Source: Bacteroidales bacterium
GTDB taxonomy: Bacteria; Bacteroidota; Bacteroidia; Bacteroidales; Muribaculaceae
Length of the DNA stretch: 64,000 nucleotides
Assembly: GCA_015061005.1 (NCBI GenBank)
Contig: SUXJ01000003.1
Span: 103,129-167,128 of the forward strand
Direction: 5' to 3'
Shown: one piece after another, positions 38,086 through 48,529 of the stretch
Numbering within the stretch: the first letter of the stretch is position 1
How the letters are laid out: every line of letters begins with the position of its first letter
The notes under the pieces: model-generated
What the model saw: the letters and a program-made list of their open reading frames with translations, nothing else
Told to the model about the DNA's origin: nothing
Database searches by the model: none
Program-made: the position numbers and the translations under genes

Positions 38086-39873
38086 ATGAAGAATATCCGC
38101 AATTTCTGTATTATAGCGCACATTGACCATGGTAAAAGCACTCTTGCCGACCGACTTTTGGAGTATACTAACACGGTGAACCAAAAGGACATGGCGGCGC
38201 AGGTGCTCGATGATATGGACTTGGAGCGTGAGCGTGGTATCACCATCAAGAGCCATGCAATTCAGATGGACTATGTGCTTGACGGTACCAAATATGTGCT
38301 CAATCTTATCGACACTCCCGGACACGTTGACTTCAGCTATGAGGTGAGCCGTTCGATTGCTGCTTGCGAGGGTGCTTTGCTCATCGTTGACGCATCGCAA
38401 GGCATTCAGGCACAGACCATATCCAACCTCTACATGGCCATTGATAATGACCTTGAAATAATCCCCGTGCTCAATAAGTGTGACCTTGATTCGGCGAAAC
38501 CCGAGGAGGTTGAAGATCAGATTGTGGATCTTTTAGGTTGTGACCCCGAAGAAATCATTCGAGCATCGGGCAAGACGGGTATGGGTGTGGAAGACGTGTT
38601 GCGTGCCATTGTGGAGCGTATTCCCGCGCCTAAGGGCGATCCTGATGCCCCCTTGCAGGCTCTGATTTTCGACTCTGTATTCAATCCCTTCCGCGGCATC
38701 ATTGCATATTTCAAAGTGACGAACGGTACGATGCGAACCAATGACTTCGTGAAGTTTGTTAATACGGGCAAGGAATATCACGCAGATGAAATCGGCATCT
38801 TGCGTTTGGACATGGAGCCGCGAAAGGAAATCTCCGCGGGCAATGTGGGCTATATTATCTCCGGCATCAAAACCAGCCGAGAAGTAAAGGTTGGCGATAC
38901 GATTACTCATGTTCAGCGCCCATGTGATGCGGCTATTGATGGTTTTGAGGAGGTGAAGCCCATGGTGTTTGCCGGGGTTTACCCGATTGAAACAGAAGAC
39001 TTTGAAAATCTACGCTCATCGCTCGAAAAACTTCAGCTAAACGATGCGTCGTTGACCTTCCAGCCGGAAAGTTCCGTGGCTCTTGGTTTCGGCTTCCGCT
39101 GTGGATTTCTCGGTTTGCTTCACATGGAAATCGTTCAGGAGCGATTGGACCGAGAATTTGACATGAACGTTATCACCACCGTGCCCAACGTTTCGTATCG
39201 CGTTTATGACAAGAAAGGCAACATGACAGAAGTTCATAATCCGGCCGGTTTGCCTGATTTAACGCTGATTGACCACATTGAAGAGCCTTATATTCGCGCT
39301 TCGGTTATCACTGCAGCCGACTATATCGGTCCGATTATGACGCTTTGCCTCGGTAAGCGCGGCGAATTGGTAAAGCAGGAGTACATATCAGGTAATCGCA
39401 TGGAGATTATCTTCGATATGCCGCTCGGTGAAATAGTGATTGATTTTTACGATAAGCTCAAGTCGATTTCAAAGGGTTACGCATCGTTTGATTATCATCT
39501 TCATGGATTTCGCGAGAGCAAACTCGTGAAGTTGGATATCCTTCTTAACGGAGAAAGTGTTGACGCACTGTCAACGCTAACCCACGTTGATAACTCCGTG
39601 ACCTTCGGTCGCAGAATGTGTGAAAAGCTAAAGGAACTCATTCCGCGTCAGCAATTTGATATTGCCATTCAGGCTGCAATCGGCGCAAAAATTATTGCGC
39701 GAGAAACCATTAAAGCCGTGCGTAAAGACGTGACTGCAAAATGCTACGGCGGCGACATCTCACGTAAGCGCAAATTGCTCGAAAAACAGAAAAAAGGAAA
39801 GAAGCGCATGAAGCAAATCGGCTCTGTTGAAGTGCCGCAAAAGGCATTCCTCGCTGTGCTTAAACTTGATTAA
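38086..39873 (+). CDS. lepA: Translation elongation factor 4 (LepA)
   Basis: 595 aa with GTPase motifs [14 protein letters not shown] and NKCD, plus a LepA-specific C-terminal domain. Confidence 0.97.
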   Translation: MKNIRNFCIIAHIDHGKSTLADRLLEYTNTVNQKDMAAQVLDDMDLERERGITIKSHAIQMDYVLDGTKYVLNLIDTPGHVDFSYEVSRSIAACEGALLIVDASQGIQAQTISNLYMAIDNDLEIIPVLNKCDLDSAKPEEVEDQIVDLLGCDPEEIIRASGKTGMGVEDVLRAIVERIPAPKGDPDAPLQALIFDSVFNPFRGIIAYFKVTNGTMRTNDFVKFVNTGKEYHADEIGILRLDMEPRKEISAGNVGYIISGIKTSREVKVGDTITHVQRPCDAAIDGFEEVKPMVFAGVYPIETEDFENLRSSLEKLQLNDASLTFQPESSVALGFGFRCGFLGLLHMEIVQERLDREFDMNVITTVPNVSYRVYDKKGNMTEVHNPAGLPDLTLIDHIEEPYIRASVITAADYIGPIMTLCLGKRGELVKQEYISGNRMEIIFDMPLGEIVIDFYDKLKSISKGYASFDYHLHGFRESKLVKLDILLNGESVDALSTLTHVDNSVTFGRRMCEKLKELIPRQQFDIAIQAAIGAKIIARETIKAVRKDVTAKCYGGDISRKRKLLEKQKKGKKRMKQIGSVEVPQKAFLAVLKLD

Positions 39874-39882
39874 GTTTTCGGT

Positions 39883-41271
39883 ATGAAAGACTGTGACGAC
39901 CATTTCGGTCCGGATATAAACAATAGACCTCATCGCATTTACTATGCGGCTGCAAAAGCAATTAAAGCGCATGCCACCGGAGGCAACGTGCTTATTGTTG
40001 CAACCATTCTTGCGCTTATCATTGCCAACTTGCCGAGCGTAAATCAGTGTTATACTGATTTTTGGCAGCAAGAAGTCCACCTGCAAATAGGTGACTTTAA
40101 CCTCTTCAGCCATAATGGTCATCCGATGACCCTATTGGAGTTTATCAACGATGCGTTGATGGCGATATTTTTCTTCTCCATAGGCTTGGAAATCAAGCGC
40201 GAGGTGTTGGTGGGCGAATTATCGTCATTTCGTAAGGCCTTGTTGCCTATAATCGGAGCATGTGGAGGCATGATAGTCCCGGTCATCATCTTCTGGTTTT
40301 TGTCAAATGGTCAAGACTATTCGCGAGGCTGCGCAATACCAATGGCTACTGACATAGCCTTTTCATTAGGTGTGTTGACCATGCTCGGCTGTAGAGTCCC
40401 CATTGCACTAAAAGTGTTTCTCACCACTCTCGCCGTGGTTGATGACATAGGTGGAATTGTCGTTATTGCAGTATTTTATTCGTCAAGTATTCAGCTTGAT
40501 TTGCTCTGTTATGCTGCCGGAGTACTGCTTGCTCTATATCTTGGCGGTTATTTCCAGATCCAAACCAAGATGTTTTATCTCTCGCTCGGAGTGGTCGTTT
40601 GGTTCCTGTTTTTGCAATCCGGCATACATCCCACCATTGCCGGTGTGCTCGTGGCGTTTTGCGTTCCTGCCCGTCCGGTATATGCACCGGAAGGTTTCGT
40701 GAAGAAAATTCGAGAGGCAATCAGTCACTTCAAAACTGAAGATGACCATAGACTGAATGAGATTTCCATGCTCTGTCCGGAGCAACTTAATCAACTTAAG
40801 GTCATCGAATCAGCCGGCGATAAGGTTATCTCCCCGTTGCAAGACCTTGAAGACCTTTTGCATCCGATTGTGAACTACCTTATTGTTCCGCTCTTTGCGT
40901 TTGCCAATGCCGGCATATTCTTACTTGATATGGAGCCAGCGGCAATGTTTGAAGGCGTTTCGTTGGCGATTATTTGCGGCTTGTTTTTTGGCAAGTTCCT
41001 CGGCATATTTTCGTTTTCTTGGCTGACTATCAGGTTGGGGCTCGCTCCCAAGCCGGCGCAGAGTTCATGGATCGCCTTGGCGGCAGTATCTATGCTTGGC
41101 GGCATAGGTTTCACTGTGTCACTCTTCATCGCAAATCTAAGCTTCCCTGATGCGTCGCACGTTGCATTGCTCAATCAAGCAAAACTTGGCATCGTTGTCG
41201 GTTCCATAATCTCCGGTTTGGTCGGCTATTTATGGCTTCGTAGGGTCTTGCCCAAAACGCCTCGCGCATGA
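39883..41271 (+). CDS. nhaA: Na+/H+ antiporter NhaA
   Basis: 462 aa polytopic protein with NhaA blocks (FFFSIGLEIKRE, LAVVDDIG). The exact start is uncertain. Confidence 0.85.
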   Translation: MKDCDDHFGPDINNRPHRIYYAAAKAIKAHATGGNVLIVATILALIIANLPSVNQCYTDFWQQEVHLQIGDFNLFSHNGHPMTLLEFINDALMAIFFFSIGLEIKREVLVGELSSFRKALLPIIGACGGMIVPVIIFWFLSNGQDYSRGCAIPMATDIAFSLGVLTMLGCRVPIALKVFLTTLAVVDDIGGIVVIAVFYSSSIQLDLLCYAAGVLLALYLGGYFQIQTKMFYLSLGVVVWFLFLQSGIHPTIAGVLVAFCVPARPVYAPEGFVKKIREAISHFKTEDDHRLNEISMLCPEQLNQLKVIESAGDKVISPLQDLEDLLHPIVNYLIVPLFAFANAGIFLLDMEPAAMFEGVSLAIICGLFFGKFLGIFSFSWLTIRLGLAPKPAQSSWIALAAVSMLGGIGFTVSLFIANLSFPDASHVALLNQAKLGIVVGSIISGLVGYLWLRRVLPKTPRA

Positions 41272-41301
41272 ACTTCTCGATGGCAGGGCGGCAAGGGCAA
41301 C

Positions 41302-41381
41302 AAGGGCGAAAAGGGTGGAAGGCAATTATCGCTTATAGGTGAGTAGAGCCTTTTGCCCCTTTTATCCCTTTCAGGCCTTTT
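41302..41381 (+). terminator. Long imperfect G-rich/C-rich hairpin after nhaA (candidate terminator)
   Basis: Hand pairing of AAGGGCGAAAAGGGTGGAAGGC with GCCTTTTGCCCCTTTTATCCCTT gives about 20 pairs including G-U pairs, with one bulge, one internal loop and a 24-nt apical loop. It is followed by CCTTTT. Confidence 0.4.
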
Positions 41382-41459
41382 AAAAACTTTAAAATAAAAA
41401 AAACAAGTGCACTTCGACAAAAATATTATTGGGATTATTGCTGTATAAGTTTTCACTCC

Positions 41460-41467
41460 ATATATTT
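41460..41467 (+). promoter_or_regulatory. -7 box TATATTTG upstream of the four-helix-bundle pseudogene
   Basis: Exact match 20 nt upstream of the ATG at 41487. Confidence 0.45.
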
Positions 41468-41486
41468 GACGAAACCGAAGAGAATT

Positions 41487-42053
41487 ATGCCAGTTAGCGA
41501 TTTTATCCGTCAGAAAGGCAACTATCATGATCTACTCTGCTACCGGAAATCGGTGTGCGTCTATGATGTTACCTTTTATTTCGCCCACAAGTATCTGAGT
41601 CGTGAAGATCGAACAATTGATCAAATGATACAGGCGGCTCGCTCCGGGAAGCAAAACATTGTGGAAGGGTGTGCAGCAGCAACGACGTCTTCTGAAACTG
41701 AAATAAAATTGCTGAATGTGGCACGTGCCAGCCTTTAGGAACTTATTGAGGATTACAAGGATTATCTCAGAGTAAGAGGGTTGCTCTTATGGGCGGAAGG
41801 GAGCGAAAAACATGAGCAGGCTCGCAGGGTATGTGCCAAACAGAATTCCTCGGAGTATTACCTTGATGCTATAAAGGAACGTTCTGCAGAAACGATCGCC
41901 AATATTGCAATCATATTGATTCGTCAGACGGATTATCTGTTGAAGCGATACTTTGACCACGTTAAACAAGCGTTTCTCGAACGGGGAGGTATAAAGGAGG
42001 AGATGACGCGTGCCAGGCTGCAATGGCGAAAAGAGCAAAATAGCGCCTTGTAG
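41487..42053 (+). pseudogene. Four-helix-bundle protein (23S rRNA IVS protein family, with suffix domain) interrupted by one in-frame TAG at 41736-41738
   Basis: Track ORFs 41466-41738 and 41781-42053 are in the same frame (offset 315 nt). The joined translation reads ...LLNVARASL*ELIEDYKDYLR. The stop sits where I recall a Glu (ASLEEL) in this family. Confidence 0.7.
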
Positions 42054-42072
42054 AAGATATGTTTGCGGCAAT

Positions 42073-43242
42073 TTAATTGGTGATGGCAGAGACGATGCGG
42101 GCGTGGGCTTTGCGGAGCTTTTCGACAGTGGCGCACAAGGAGATACGGACATAGCCTTCGCCGTTTGATCCGAAAATGAAGCCCGGAGTGATGAATACGC
42201 GTGCAGAATGAAGAATGCGGTCGCAAAATTCTTCGGCAGATTTTTCGTTTGCCGGGAGTTTTCCCCATAGGAACAGACCGCGTTGGTCGGGATTAAAGGT
42301 GCAACCGAGGGCAGTCATTATTTTTTCAGCTTCGATGCGTCGCTCGGAGTAGACTGCGTTCAGCTCATCGTACCATTGATTACTGAGGCCGAGGGCTTTG
42401 ACTGCAGCGAGCATCACGGGTTTGAATTGTCCGGAGTCAACGTTGCTTTTCACTTTGAGAATCCAATCAATAAATTGAGGATTGGAGGCCAACATGGCAA
42501 CTCTCCATCCCGCCATGTTGTGGCTCTTACTCAGTGAGTTCATCTCTATGCAAACGTCTTTTGCTTCCTCAATTTCAAGAATGCTCCGGGGAGTGGAGTT
42601 GAGAATGAAGGAGTAGGGATTGTCATGGGCGATGACTATTGAGTGCTTGCGTCCGAATTCTACGATTTTTTTGAGTAGTTCGGCAGAGGCGGGAGTGCCC
42701 GTTGGCATGTGAGGATAGTTTACCCACATGAGTTTTATGCGTTCCAGCGGGAGCTTTTCCAATTCATCGAAGTTCGGCTCCCATCCGTTTTCTTCCGTGA
42801 GATTGTAAGGAAAGATTTCTGCTTGAACGAGGTTGCTAACCGAGGAGTATGTGGGATATCCGGGGTTGGGGACCAACACCCCATCGCCGGGGTTGAGGAA
42901 TGCCATCGACACGTGGAGTATGCCTTCCTTGGAGCCGATCAGCGGCAGAATTTCGTTTGCAGGGTTGAGGGTGACGCCGTATGAGCGATTGTACCAGTCG
43001 GCAAAGGCTTTGCGAAGTTCAGGCAGCCCAACGTAGGGTTGATAACTATGAGAGTCGGGGCGGTTTGCTTCTTCAGTAAGTGTTTCTATAACTTCCGAAG
43101 CCGGCATCCTGTCGGGACCGCCGATGCCGAGGCTTATAATGTCGAGCCCTTGGGCGTTTAGTTGAGCAACTTCGCGTAGCTTACGTGAGAAATAGTATTC
43201 TTGAACGTTTTGAATTCTGTTGGCCGGTACAATAGTTTTCAT
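42073..43242 (-). CDS. PLP-dependent aminotransferase class I/II (likely aromatic/prephenate aminotransferase)
   Basis: 389 aa with PLP-lysine context SLSKSHNMAGWR. It lies immediately downstream of pheA. Confidence 0.8.
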   Translation of the reverse strand: MKTIVPANRIQNVQEYYFSRKLREVAQLNAQGLDIISLGIGGPDRMPASEVIETLTEEANRPDSHSYQPYVGLPELRKAFADWYNRSYGVTLNPANEILPLIGSKEGILHVSMAFLNPGDGVLVPNPGYPTYSSVSNLVQAEIFPYNLTEENGWEPNFDELEKLPLERIKLMWVNYPHMPTGTPASAELLKKIVEFGRKHSIVIAHDNPYSFILNSTPRSILEIEEAKDVCIEMNSLSKSHNMAGWRVAMLASNPQFIDWILKVKSNVDSGQFKPVMLAAVKALGLSNQWYDELNAVYSERRIEAEKIMTALGCTFNPDQRGLFLWGKLPANEKSAEEFCDRILHSARVFITPGFIFGSNGEGYVRISLCATVEKLRKAHARIVSAITN

Positions 43243-43244
43243 GA

Positions 43245-44117
43245 TTATTCACAAGATTTGTATTCTCCGAGTATTATCAAGTCGTTGATTAGCGGACGGA
43301 TGGCATCGATTGCTTGGCGATAGCGCACGAAACTTTCGTAAGTGAGGTCAAGGTAGAAACGATATTCCCATTCGCGTCCGAGAATGGGCATTGATTGGAT
43401 TTTCGACAGGTTTATGTCGTAGAAAGACAAGATTGTCAGCACTTTGCTGAGCGCACCTTGAGTGTGTGGCAAAGAGAATACTACCGAGGCTTTGTTCAGA
43501 TCTTCTTTTCGCGGCAGCATTTCCGCAGCTAAAAGCGGGTCGGCAAGAATGAGAAAGCGAGTGAAGTTGCGTTTGTTGGTTTCGATTCCTTTTTCAAGAA
43601 TGTTAAGCCCGTAGAGGTTTGCGGCTAACTCGCCACACACCGCAGCGTGAGAAGCGAGTTTATGTTCGGCGATTTCTGCGGCAGCACCGGCTGTGTCGAA
43701 TTTTTCGACCATCTTCATGTGTGGGTGGCGTCGCAGATATTGTTCGCATTGCATCAGAGCCATTGCATGAGAGTTTACTTCTGAGATGGATTCGAGAGTC
43801 TCTCCCGGAAGCGCACACAAAACGTGGCTGATTCTCATTTTGTATTCTCCGATAATCTGAGTGGGGCTTTGACGCAACAGCTCATGATTGGCGAGCAGCG
43901 CACCTGCAATTGTATTTTCAATCGCTACGGTTCCGAGAAGGGAGGCATCTGTTGAAAGAGCGTCGAACAGTTCGGGGAAAGAATTGTAGCCGATGGTTTC
44001 GACGTTTTCGATTCCGTATTGTGCGAGGAAGGCTCGAGCCGCGGCATCATGGAAACACCCCGCGATGCCTTGAATGGCAACGCGGGGTACTTTGGGAAAA
44101 TTCTGAGTGAGAGTCAT
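43245..44117 (-). CDS. pheA: Prephenate dehydratase
   Basis: 290 aa with a PDT domain carrying the TRF motif (NFTRFLIL) and a C-terminal ACT domain. Confidence 0.9.
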   Translation of the reverse strand: MTLTQNFPKVPRVAIQGIAGCFHDAAARAFLAQYGIENVETIGYNSFPELFDALSTDASLLGTVAIENTIAGALLANHELLRQSPTQIIGEYKMRISHVLCALPGETLESISEVNSHAMALMQCEQYLRRHPHMKMVEKFDTAGAAAEIAEHKLASHAAVCGELAANLYGLNILEKGIETNKRNFTRFLILADPLLAAEMLPRKEDLNKASVVFSLPHTQGALSKVLTILSFYDINLSKIQSMPILGREWEYRFYLDLTYESFVRYRQAIDAIRPLINDLIILGEYKSCE

Positions 44118-44120
44118 TTA

Positions 44121-45764
44121 TTATTTGCGAATTTTGCTGACATCAGAGCCCTGACGACGGATGAATACACCATTTTCGGGTTCGCTGATGCGTACGCCTT
44201 GCAGGTTGAAGTATTCAACAGGAGCGTTGGCGTTATCAACGTTTTCGATTTCTTCGATAGCACTGTCTGATTCAACAAGGGGAATGATGTAGGAGTTGTA
44301 GTCATTGGGCAGGTCGTTGTCTTCCCAATAGTTGAATGCGACGGTGGAAAGCAGCGTGAAGTCGCGGCTGATCATGGGCATGCCGGTAACGTAAAGGGTC
44401 TGAAACTCAGTCACGTATTCATTGGGATCTACAACTAATTCCACGTCGCGTTTCCAATTGTCTTCAATCCATTGAGCTACAGATGGATTACGCATAACAA
44501 TGTAGTCTTGCAGGGGCATCCATTCGGTAGCACCGGCGGGGAGAACGTAGCCGAGGTCAAGGCCGTTAATCATGTCGCGAGTGAAGCCAAGTACATCGCC
44601 ATTGTCGCTCACTGCAGTTACGCGAATATCCGGACCGTCGCTGAAAATGATGCGGTCTTCAACCAAGTCATAGAGCACGGGAGTGTATTTTGAAACGCGA
44701 GTGAAGCCCATGAAGTAGGTTTCTACGGCTGAAGATGCGAGGTAGCGACCATTGGGCGAAAGTGAGTTGAGGTTAAACTCGAATGAGATGCTTTCGTTAC
44801 GAATCTGAGTGTCGATGCGTTCATATTCATCATATTTTTCCAGCCATTCAAGGTAGGGTATATAAACAGCCATGAATGCGGCATACTCTTCTTCGGTCAT
44901 GTAGTCTTTGTAGTTGGGCTCAACGTTTCCGTCGGGATTGGCGTTATATTCTTCGAGCGCTGCGAGGTATGCATCATATTGCTCCTCACTCATGTATTTT
45001 TCGAGAGTGGGGATTTCGGGCCCTTCGCCGGGATATTCTGGAATTTCGAGTTTATTGGGGTTAACCAGAGAGTCAAAGGGCTTGCGGTAGCTCCATGTGC
45101 CGTCTTCGGCTTGATTGTAAACCACGAACTCGGTCAGAAAACCGTTGTTGCTGACCAACTGACCAATGACGGTTTTGCCATCATCGGAAATGGACAGGGC
45201 GGTTACGTACTGAGGGTTAAGTCCGAGGTAGTCCTTAGTGGGGCAGGGGAGAAGAGTGCGAGTGAATGTGTTGCCGTTTCGTTCCCAAACCGCGGGAACA
45301 ACCATTGTGTTTTCAGCCTCGATGCCGAACTCTTCGCCGGTAGGATTGTTGCCGCAGATGCGAGTGCCGTCGGGGGTAACGCCGTTGCTCGAGCCCAAAC
45401 CGCCTTTGACTTCGTTGGTGATAGATACGAATCGACCGTTTAAAACGCCGGTTTTGCCCCAAAGGTATGCTTCAACGGCGTGACCCGAGCCGCGAGATGC
45501 GCAGAGGGTGTTGTTGCCTATGAAGTTGCCCAATCCGCAGCTGTTGTAGGTCAGGCCGTCTTCAGATGCTTCAAAAATTTTGGGCGCTTCATCGCTGGTG
45601 AGGTCATGTATATAAACGTTGCCGAAGTATTCACCTATGGCAACGGTTTTATCGGGAGAGAAGCCCATGATGTAAGATGAGGGCATGATAAACGGCTCGT
45701 CAATAGTAGCGCCGGCAATGGCTGCCACGCTGAGAGCGCAAATGCTGAGTAAAGATTTTTTCAT
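44121..45764 (-). CDS. Secreted repeat protein (beta-propeller-like) with T9SS C-terminal sorting domain
   Basis: Signal peptide, recurring S.dG..i.G-type motifs, and a C-terminal YFNLQGVRISEPENGVFIRRQGSDVSKIRK. Confidence 0.7.
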   Translation of the reverse strand: MKKSLLSICALSVAAIAGATIDEPFIMPSSYIMGFSPDKTVAIGEYFGNVYIHDLTSDEAPKIFEASEDGLTYNSCGLGNFIGNNTLCASRGSGHAVEAYLWGKTGVLNGRFVSITNEVKGGLGSSNGVTPDGTRICGNNPTGEEFGIEAENTMVVPAVWERNGNTFTRTLLPCPTKDYLGLNPQYVTALSISDDGKTVIGQLVSNNGFLTEFVVYNQAEDGTWSYRKPFDSLVNPNKLEIPEYPGEGPEIPTLEKYMSEEQYDAYLAALEEYNANPDGNVEPNYKDYMTEEEYAAFMAVYIPYLEWLEKYDEYERIDTQIRNESISFEFNLNSLSPNGRYLASSAVETYFMGFTRVSKYTPVLYDLVEDRIIFSDGPDIRVTAVSDNGDVLGFTRDMINGLDLGYVLPAGATEWMPLQDYIVMRNPSVAQWIEDNWKRDVELVVDPNEYVTEFQTLYVTGMPMISRDFTLLSTVAFNYWEDNDLPNDYNSYIIPLVESDSAIEEIENVDNANAPVEYFNLQGVRISEPENGVFIRRQGSDVSKIRK

Positions 45765-45822
45765 AGATTATGAATTTATGGATGAATGATTTAATAATAG
45801 CATTTAGGTGAATTTTAATGTG

Positions 45823-45830
45823 CAAATTTA
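45823..45830 (-). promoter_or_regulatory. -7 box TAAATTTG upstream of the T9SS-cargo/pheA/aminotransferase cluster
   Basis: Exact match about 59 nt upstream of the ATG at 45764. Confidence 0.5.
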
Positions 45831-45902
45831 CGCAATATTTCTGAAAATCAGAATGTATGGGTTGATTTTTTTTCAAGGGTTGTTTGAGTCGTGAAAAATG
45901 CT

Positions 45903-45910
45903 TACCTTTG
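45903..45910 (+). promoter_or_regulatory. -7 box TACCTTTG upstream of dxr
   Basis: Exact match 19 nt upstream of the ATG at 45929. Confidence 0.55.
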
Positions 45911-45928
45911 CAAAACATATCATCAAAA

Positions 45929-47095
45929 ATGAATCAATCAAAAAAACGCATTGCCATATTAGGCTCAACGGGGTCGATTGGCATTCAGACACTTGACATA
46001 ATCAGCCGCAATCCGGCGCTATTTGAGGTTTCCACGTTGATAGGCGGAAGCCGTTTGGAGCCGTTGGTGGCGCAAGCTAAGGCGTATAATCCCAAACGAG
46101 TGATTATTGCCGATGAGCGTCAGAAAGGTGCTCTTACCGCGGCATTGTCCGGCTCCGGGATTGAAGTGGCAGCCGGAGACGCTGCTATTGCCGAATCCAT
46201 GCTTGCAGATGACACAGATATGGTGGTAACTGCAACTGTGGGCTATTCGGGCTTGTTGCCGACGATTAGGGCCATAGAATCGGGTAAAGACATTGCTTTG
46301 GCCAACAAGGAAACTCTGGTAGTTGCCGGAGAACTGGTTTCGGAAATGCTCTCCAAATCCCACACGCGCGTCATCCCGGTAGATTCGGAGCATTCTGCTA
46401 TTTATCAATGCTTGGTAGGTGAGGACTCGGCAAAAATCAAGCAACTTATCATTACGGCTTCGGGTGGTCCGTTTAGGACTCTGCCGAAGGAGGCATTAGC
46501 CTCAGTTACCGCTGCACAAGCCCTGAAGCATCCTAATTGGGATATGGGCGCGAAGATCACCATAGATTCAGCCACTATGCTCAACAAAGCCTTTGAAATC
46601 ATCGAGGCGCGTTGGCTTTTCAACGTTGATGGTGATAAGATTTCGGCAGTAGTTCATCCACAGAGCATTGTTCACTCCATGGTGGAATTTGAAGACGGAG
46701 CGGTTAAGGCACAACTTGGCATTCCCGACATGCATTTGCCGATAAGTTATGCACTGGGCGAAACGCACCGATTGCCCACCGGTGAGCGTCCGCTGACTCT
46801 TGCCGATTATCGGACTCTGACGTTTGAGGCTCCGGACACGGATAAGTTCCCGTGTTTGACACTTGCACATTATTCGCTTGAGCGCGGTGGCAACACGGCA
46901 TGTGTGGTCAATGCGGCAAATGAGATTGCGAATGAGGCATTCCGACGTGACCAAATCGGGTTTAATGATATTTTCGACGTAATAACGCGCACAATCGGGT
47001 TGGTGGGCTTCATTGAGCGACCGACTCTTGACGATTACATAGCAACCAATACTGAGGCACGCAATATAGCCTCCGAACTTATTAAGAAGAAGTAA
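45929..47095 (+). CDS. dxr: 1-deoxy-D-xylulose-5-phosphate reductoisomerase
   Basis: Contains ILGSTGSIG NADPH-binding motif. The ATG at 45929 is preferred because a TACCTTTG box (45903-45910) lies inside the longer track ORF. Confidence 0.93.
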   Translation: MNQSKKRIAILGSTGSIGIQTLDIISRNPALFEVSTLIGGSRLEPLVAQAKAYNPKRVIIADERQKGALTAALSGSGIEVAAGDAAIAESMLADDTDMVVTATVGYSGLLPTIRAIESGKDIALANKETLVVAGELVSEMLSKSHTRVIPVDSEHSAIYQCLVGEDSAKIKQLIITASGGPFRTLPKEALASVTAAQALKHPNWDMGAKITIDSATMLNKAFEIIEARWLFNVDGDKISAVVHPQSIVHSMVEFEDGAVKAQLGIPDMHLPISYALGETHRLPTGERPLTLADYRTLTFEAPDTDKFPCLTLAHYSLERGGNTACVVNAANEIANEAFRRDQIGFNDIFDVITRTIGLVGFIERPTLDDYIATNTEARNIASELIKKK

Positions 47096-47098
47096 ATA

Positions 47099-48529
47099 AT
47101 GGAAACATTTTTAATCAAGGCCTTTCAGCTCATCGTTGCATTGTCGCTACTGGTGGTGGTACATGAGTTTGGCCACTATATTTTTGCCCGGATGTTTGGA
47201 ATCCGAGTAGAGAAGTTTTACATGTTTTTCAATCCTCGTTTTTCGCTGATGCGCTACGTTCCGGAGCAAGGACGTTTGGAATTTTGCACGTGGATGGATA
47301 AGCAGAGTAATCCTCATTCGCTGGTGAAATTCAATGTCGGGCAGGATTATCAGAAAACGGGCAACAAGGTTCCGGCATGGAAGAAAACCATTTACGGTAT
47401 AGGTTGGGTGCCGCTTGGCGGTTATTGCGCCATAGCCGGCATGATTGATGAGACTCAAGATGCGTCGAAGCTTGCCGCCGAACCTCAGTCGTGGGAATTT
47501 CGCACCAAGCCGGCATGGCAGCGTTTGCTGGTAATGACCGGAGGCGTGTTGTTCAACTTTCTGTTTGCAGTTATCATCTATATCGGTATCACTTTCAGCT
47601 GGGGCGAGCGCGGAGTGAAGTTCCGTGATGCTTATGCCGGTATGGAGTATGCGCCGACAGCTCTTGCTGCGGGATTTCAGAACGGCGACATACCGCTGAT
47701 GGCAGATGGTAAGGAAGTTGAGGCAGACCAACCCAACGTGTTGCTTACATTGGCTCAAGCAAAGGTGGTTACCGTGTTGCGCAATCAAACTGATACCGTT
47801 GACATTGCGCTGTCGAATGATTTCATGTTGAATCTCAATGAGGATAAGGGATTTTTTGCTTATCGTCAGCCGGTGGTCATTTCAAAGACGTTAAATGGAG
47901 AGCCGGCGCAGAAAGCCGGTTTAACTACGGGAGACCGGGTGGTTTCTGTCGGGGAGTTTTCCACACCGTCGTTCAAGGAATTTAAGGCGGCATTAGATTC
48001 ATGCAAAGGTAAGACAGTTGAATTGCAGTATATCAGAAACGGCGCGACTAACATTACTCAGATTACTCCCACTTCCGAAGGACTGGTAGGGGTCAATATT
48101 GCACCTATCACAGAAATATATCCCGTTTACGTGAAGGAATACGGTTTCTTTGAAGCGATTCCGGCGGGGTGGCGACTCGGCACATCGACTCTCACCGAGT
48201 ACGTGAAATCTTTAGGACAAGTGTTCAGTAAAAAAGGCGCGCAGCAACTTGGCGGTTTCGGTGCATTGGGCAGTATGTTTCCTGACATGTGGAATTGGGA
48301 AAGTTTCTGGTTCCTGACAGCTCTGCTCTCCGTTGTGTTAGCGGTTATGAACATATTGCCAATTCCTGCACTTGACGGTGGGCACGTATTGTTCTTGCTC
48401 TATGAAGTGATTACACGACGCCGTCCATCAGAAAAATTCTTGGAATATGCGCAGAGCATAGGCTTCTTCTTGCTCTTGGCTTTGTTGCTGTTTGCTAATC
48501 TTAATGACGTAATTCGCTTTTTTAAATGA
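47099..48529 (+). CDS. rseP: RIP metalloprotease RseP (site-2 protease, M50)
   Basis: HEFGH motif at the N-terminus, PDZ-like middle region, and a C-terminal NILPIPALDGG motif. Confidence 0.92.
   Translation: METFLIKAFQLIVALSLLVVVHEFGHYIFARMFGIRVEKFYMFFNPRFSLMRYVPEQGRLEFCTWMDKQSNPHSLVKFNVGQDYQKTGNKVPAWKKTIYGIGWVPLGGYCAIAGMIDETQDASKLAAEPQSWEFRTKPAWQRLLVMTGGVLFNFLFAVIIYIGITFSWGERGVKFRDAYAGMEYAPTALAAGFQNGDIPLMADGKEVEADQPNVLLTLAQAKVVTVLRNQTDTVDIALSNDFMLNLNEDKGFFAYRQPVVISKTLNGEPAQKAGLTTGDRVVSVGEFSTPSFKEFKAALDSCKGKTVELQYIRNGATNITQITPTSEGLVGVNIAPITEIYPVYVKEYGFFEAIPAGWRLGTSTLTEYVKSLGQVFSKKGAQQLGGFGALGSMFPDMWNWESFWFLTALLSVVLAVMNILPIPALDGGHVLFLLYEVITRRRPSEKFLEYAQSIGFFLLLALLLFANLNDVIRFFK

Noticed and set aside
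41226-41528. 100-aa minus-strand ORF, and a collagen-like reading (GKGNKGEKGG) of the G-rich tract after nhaA.
   Set aside because: The sequence is better explained as the two arms of an imperfect terminator hairpin. There is no promoter or start context, and the periodicity is a consequence of AAGGG repeats.
41466-42053. Diversity-generating retroelement, considered because the four-helix-bundle family includes Avd.
   Set aside because: There is no reverse transcriptase ORF, no template/variable repeat pair and no target gene nearby.
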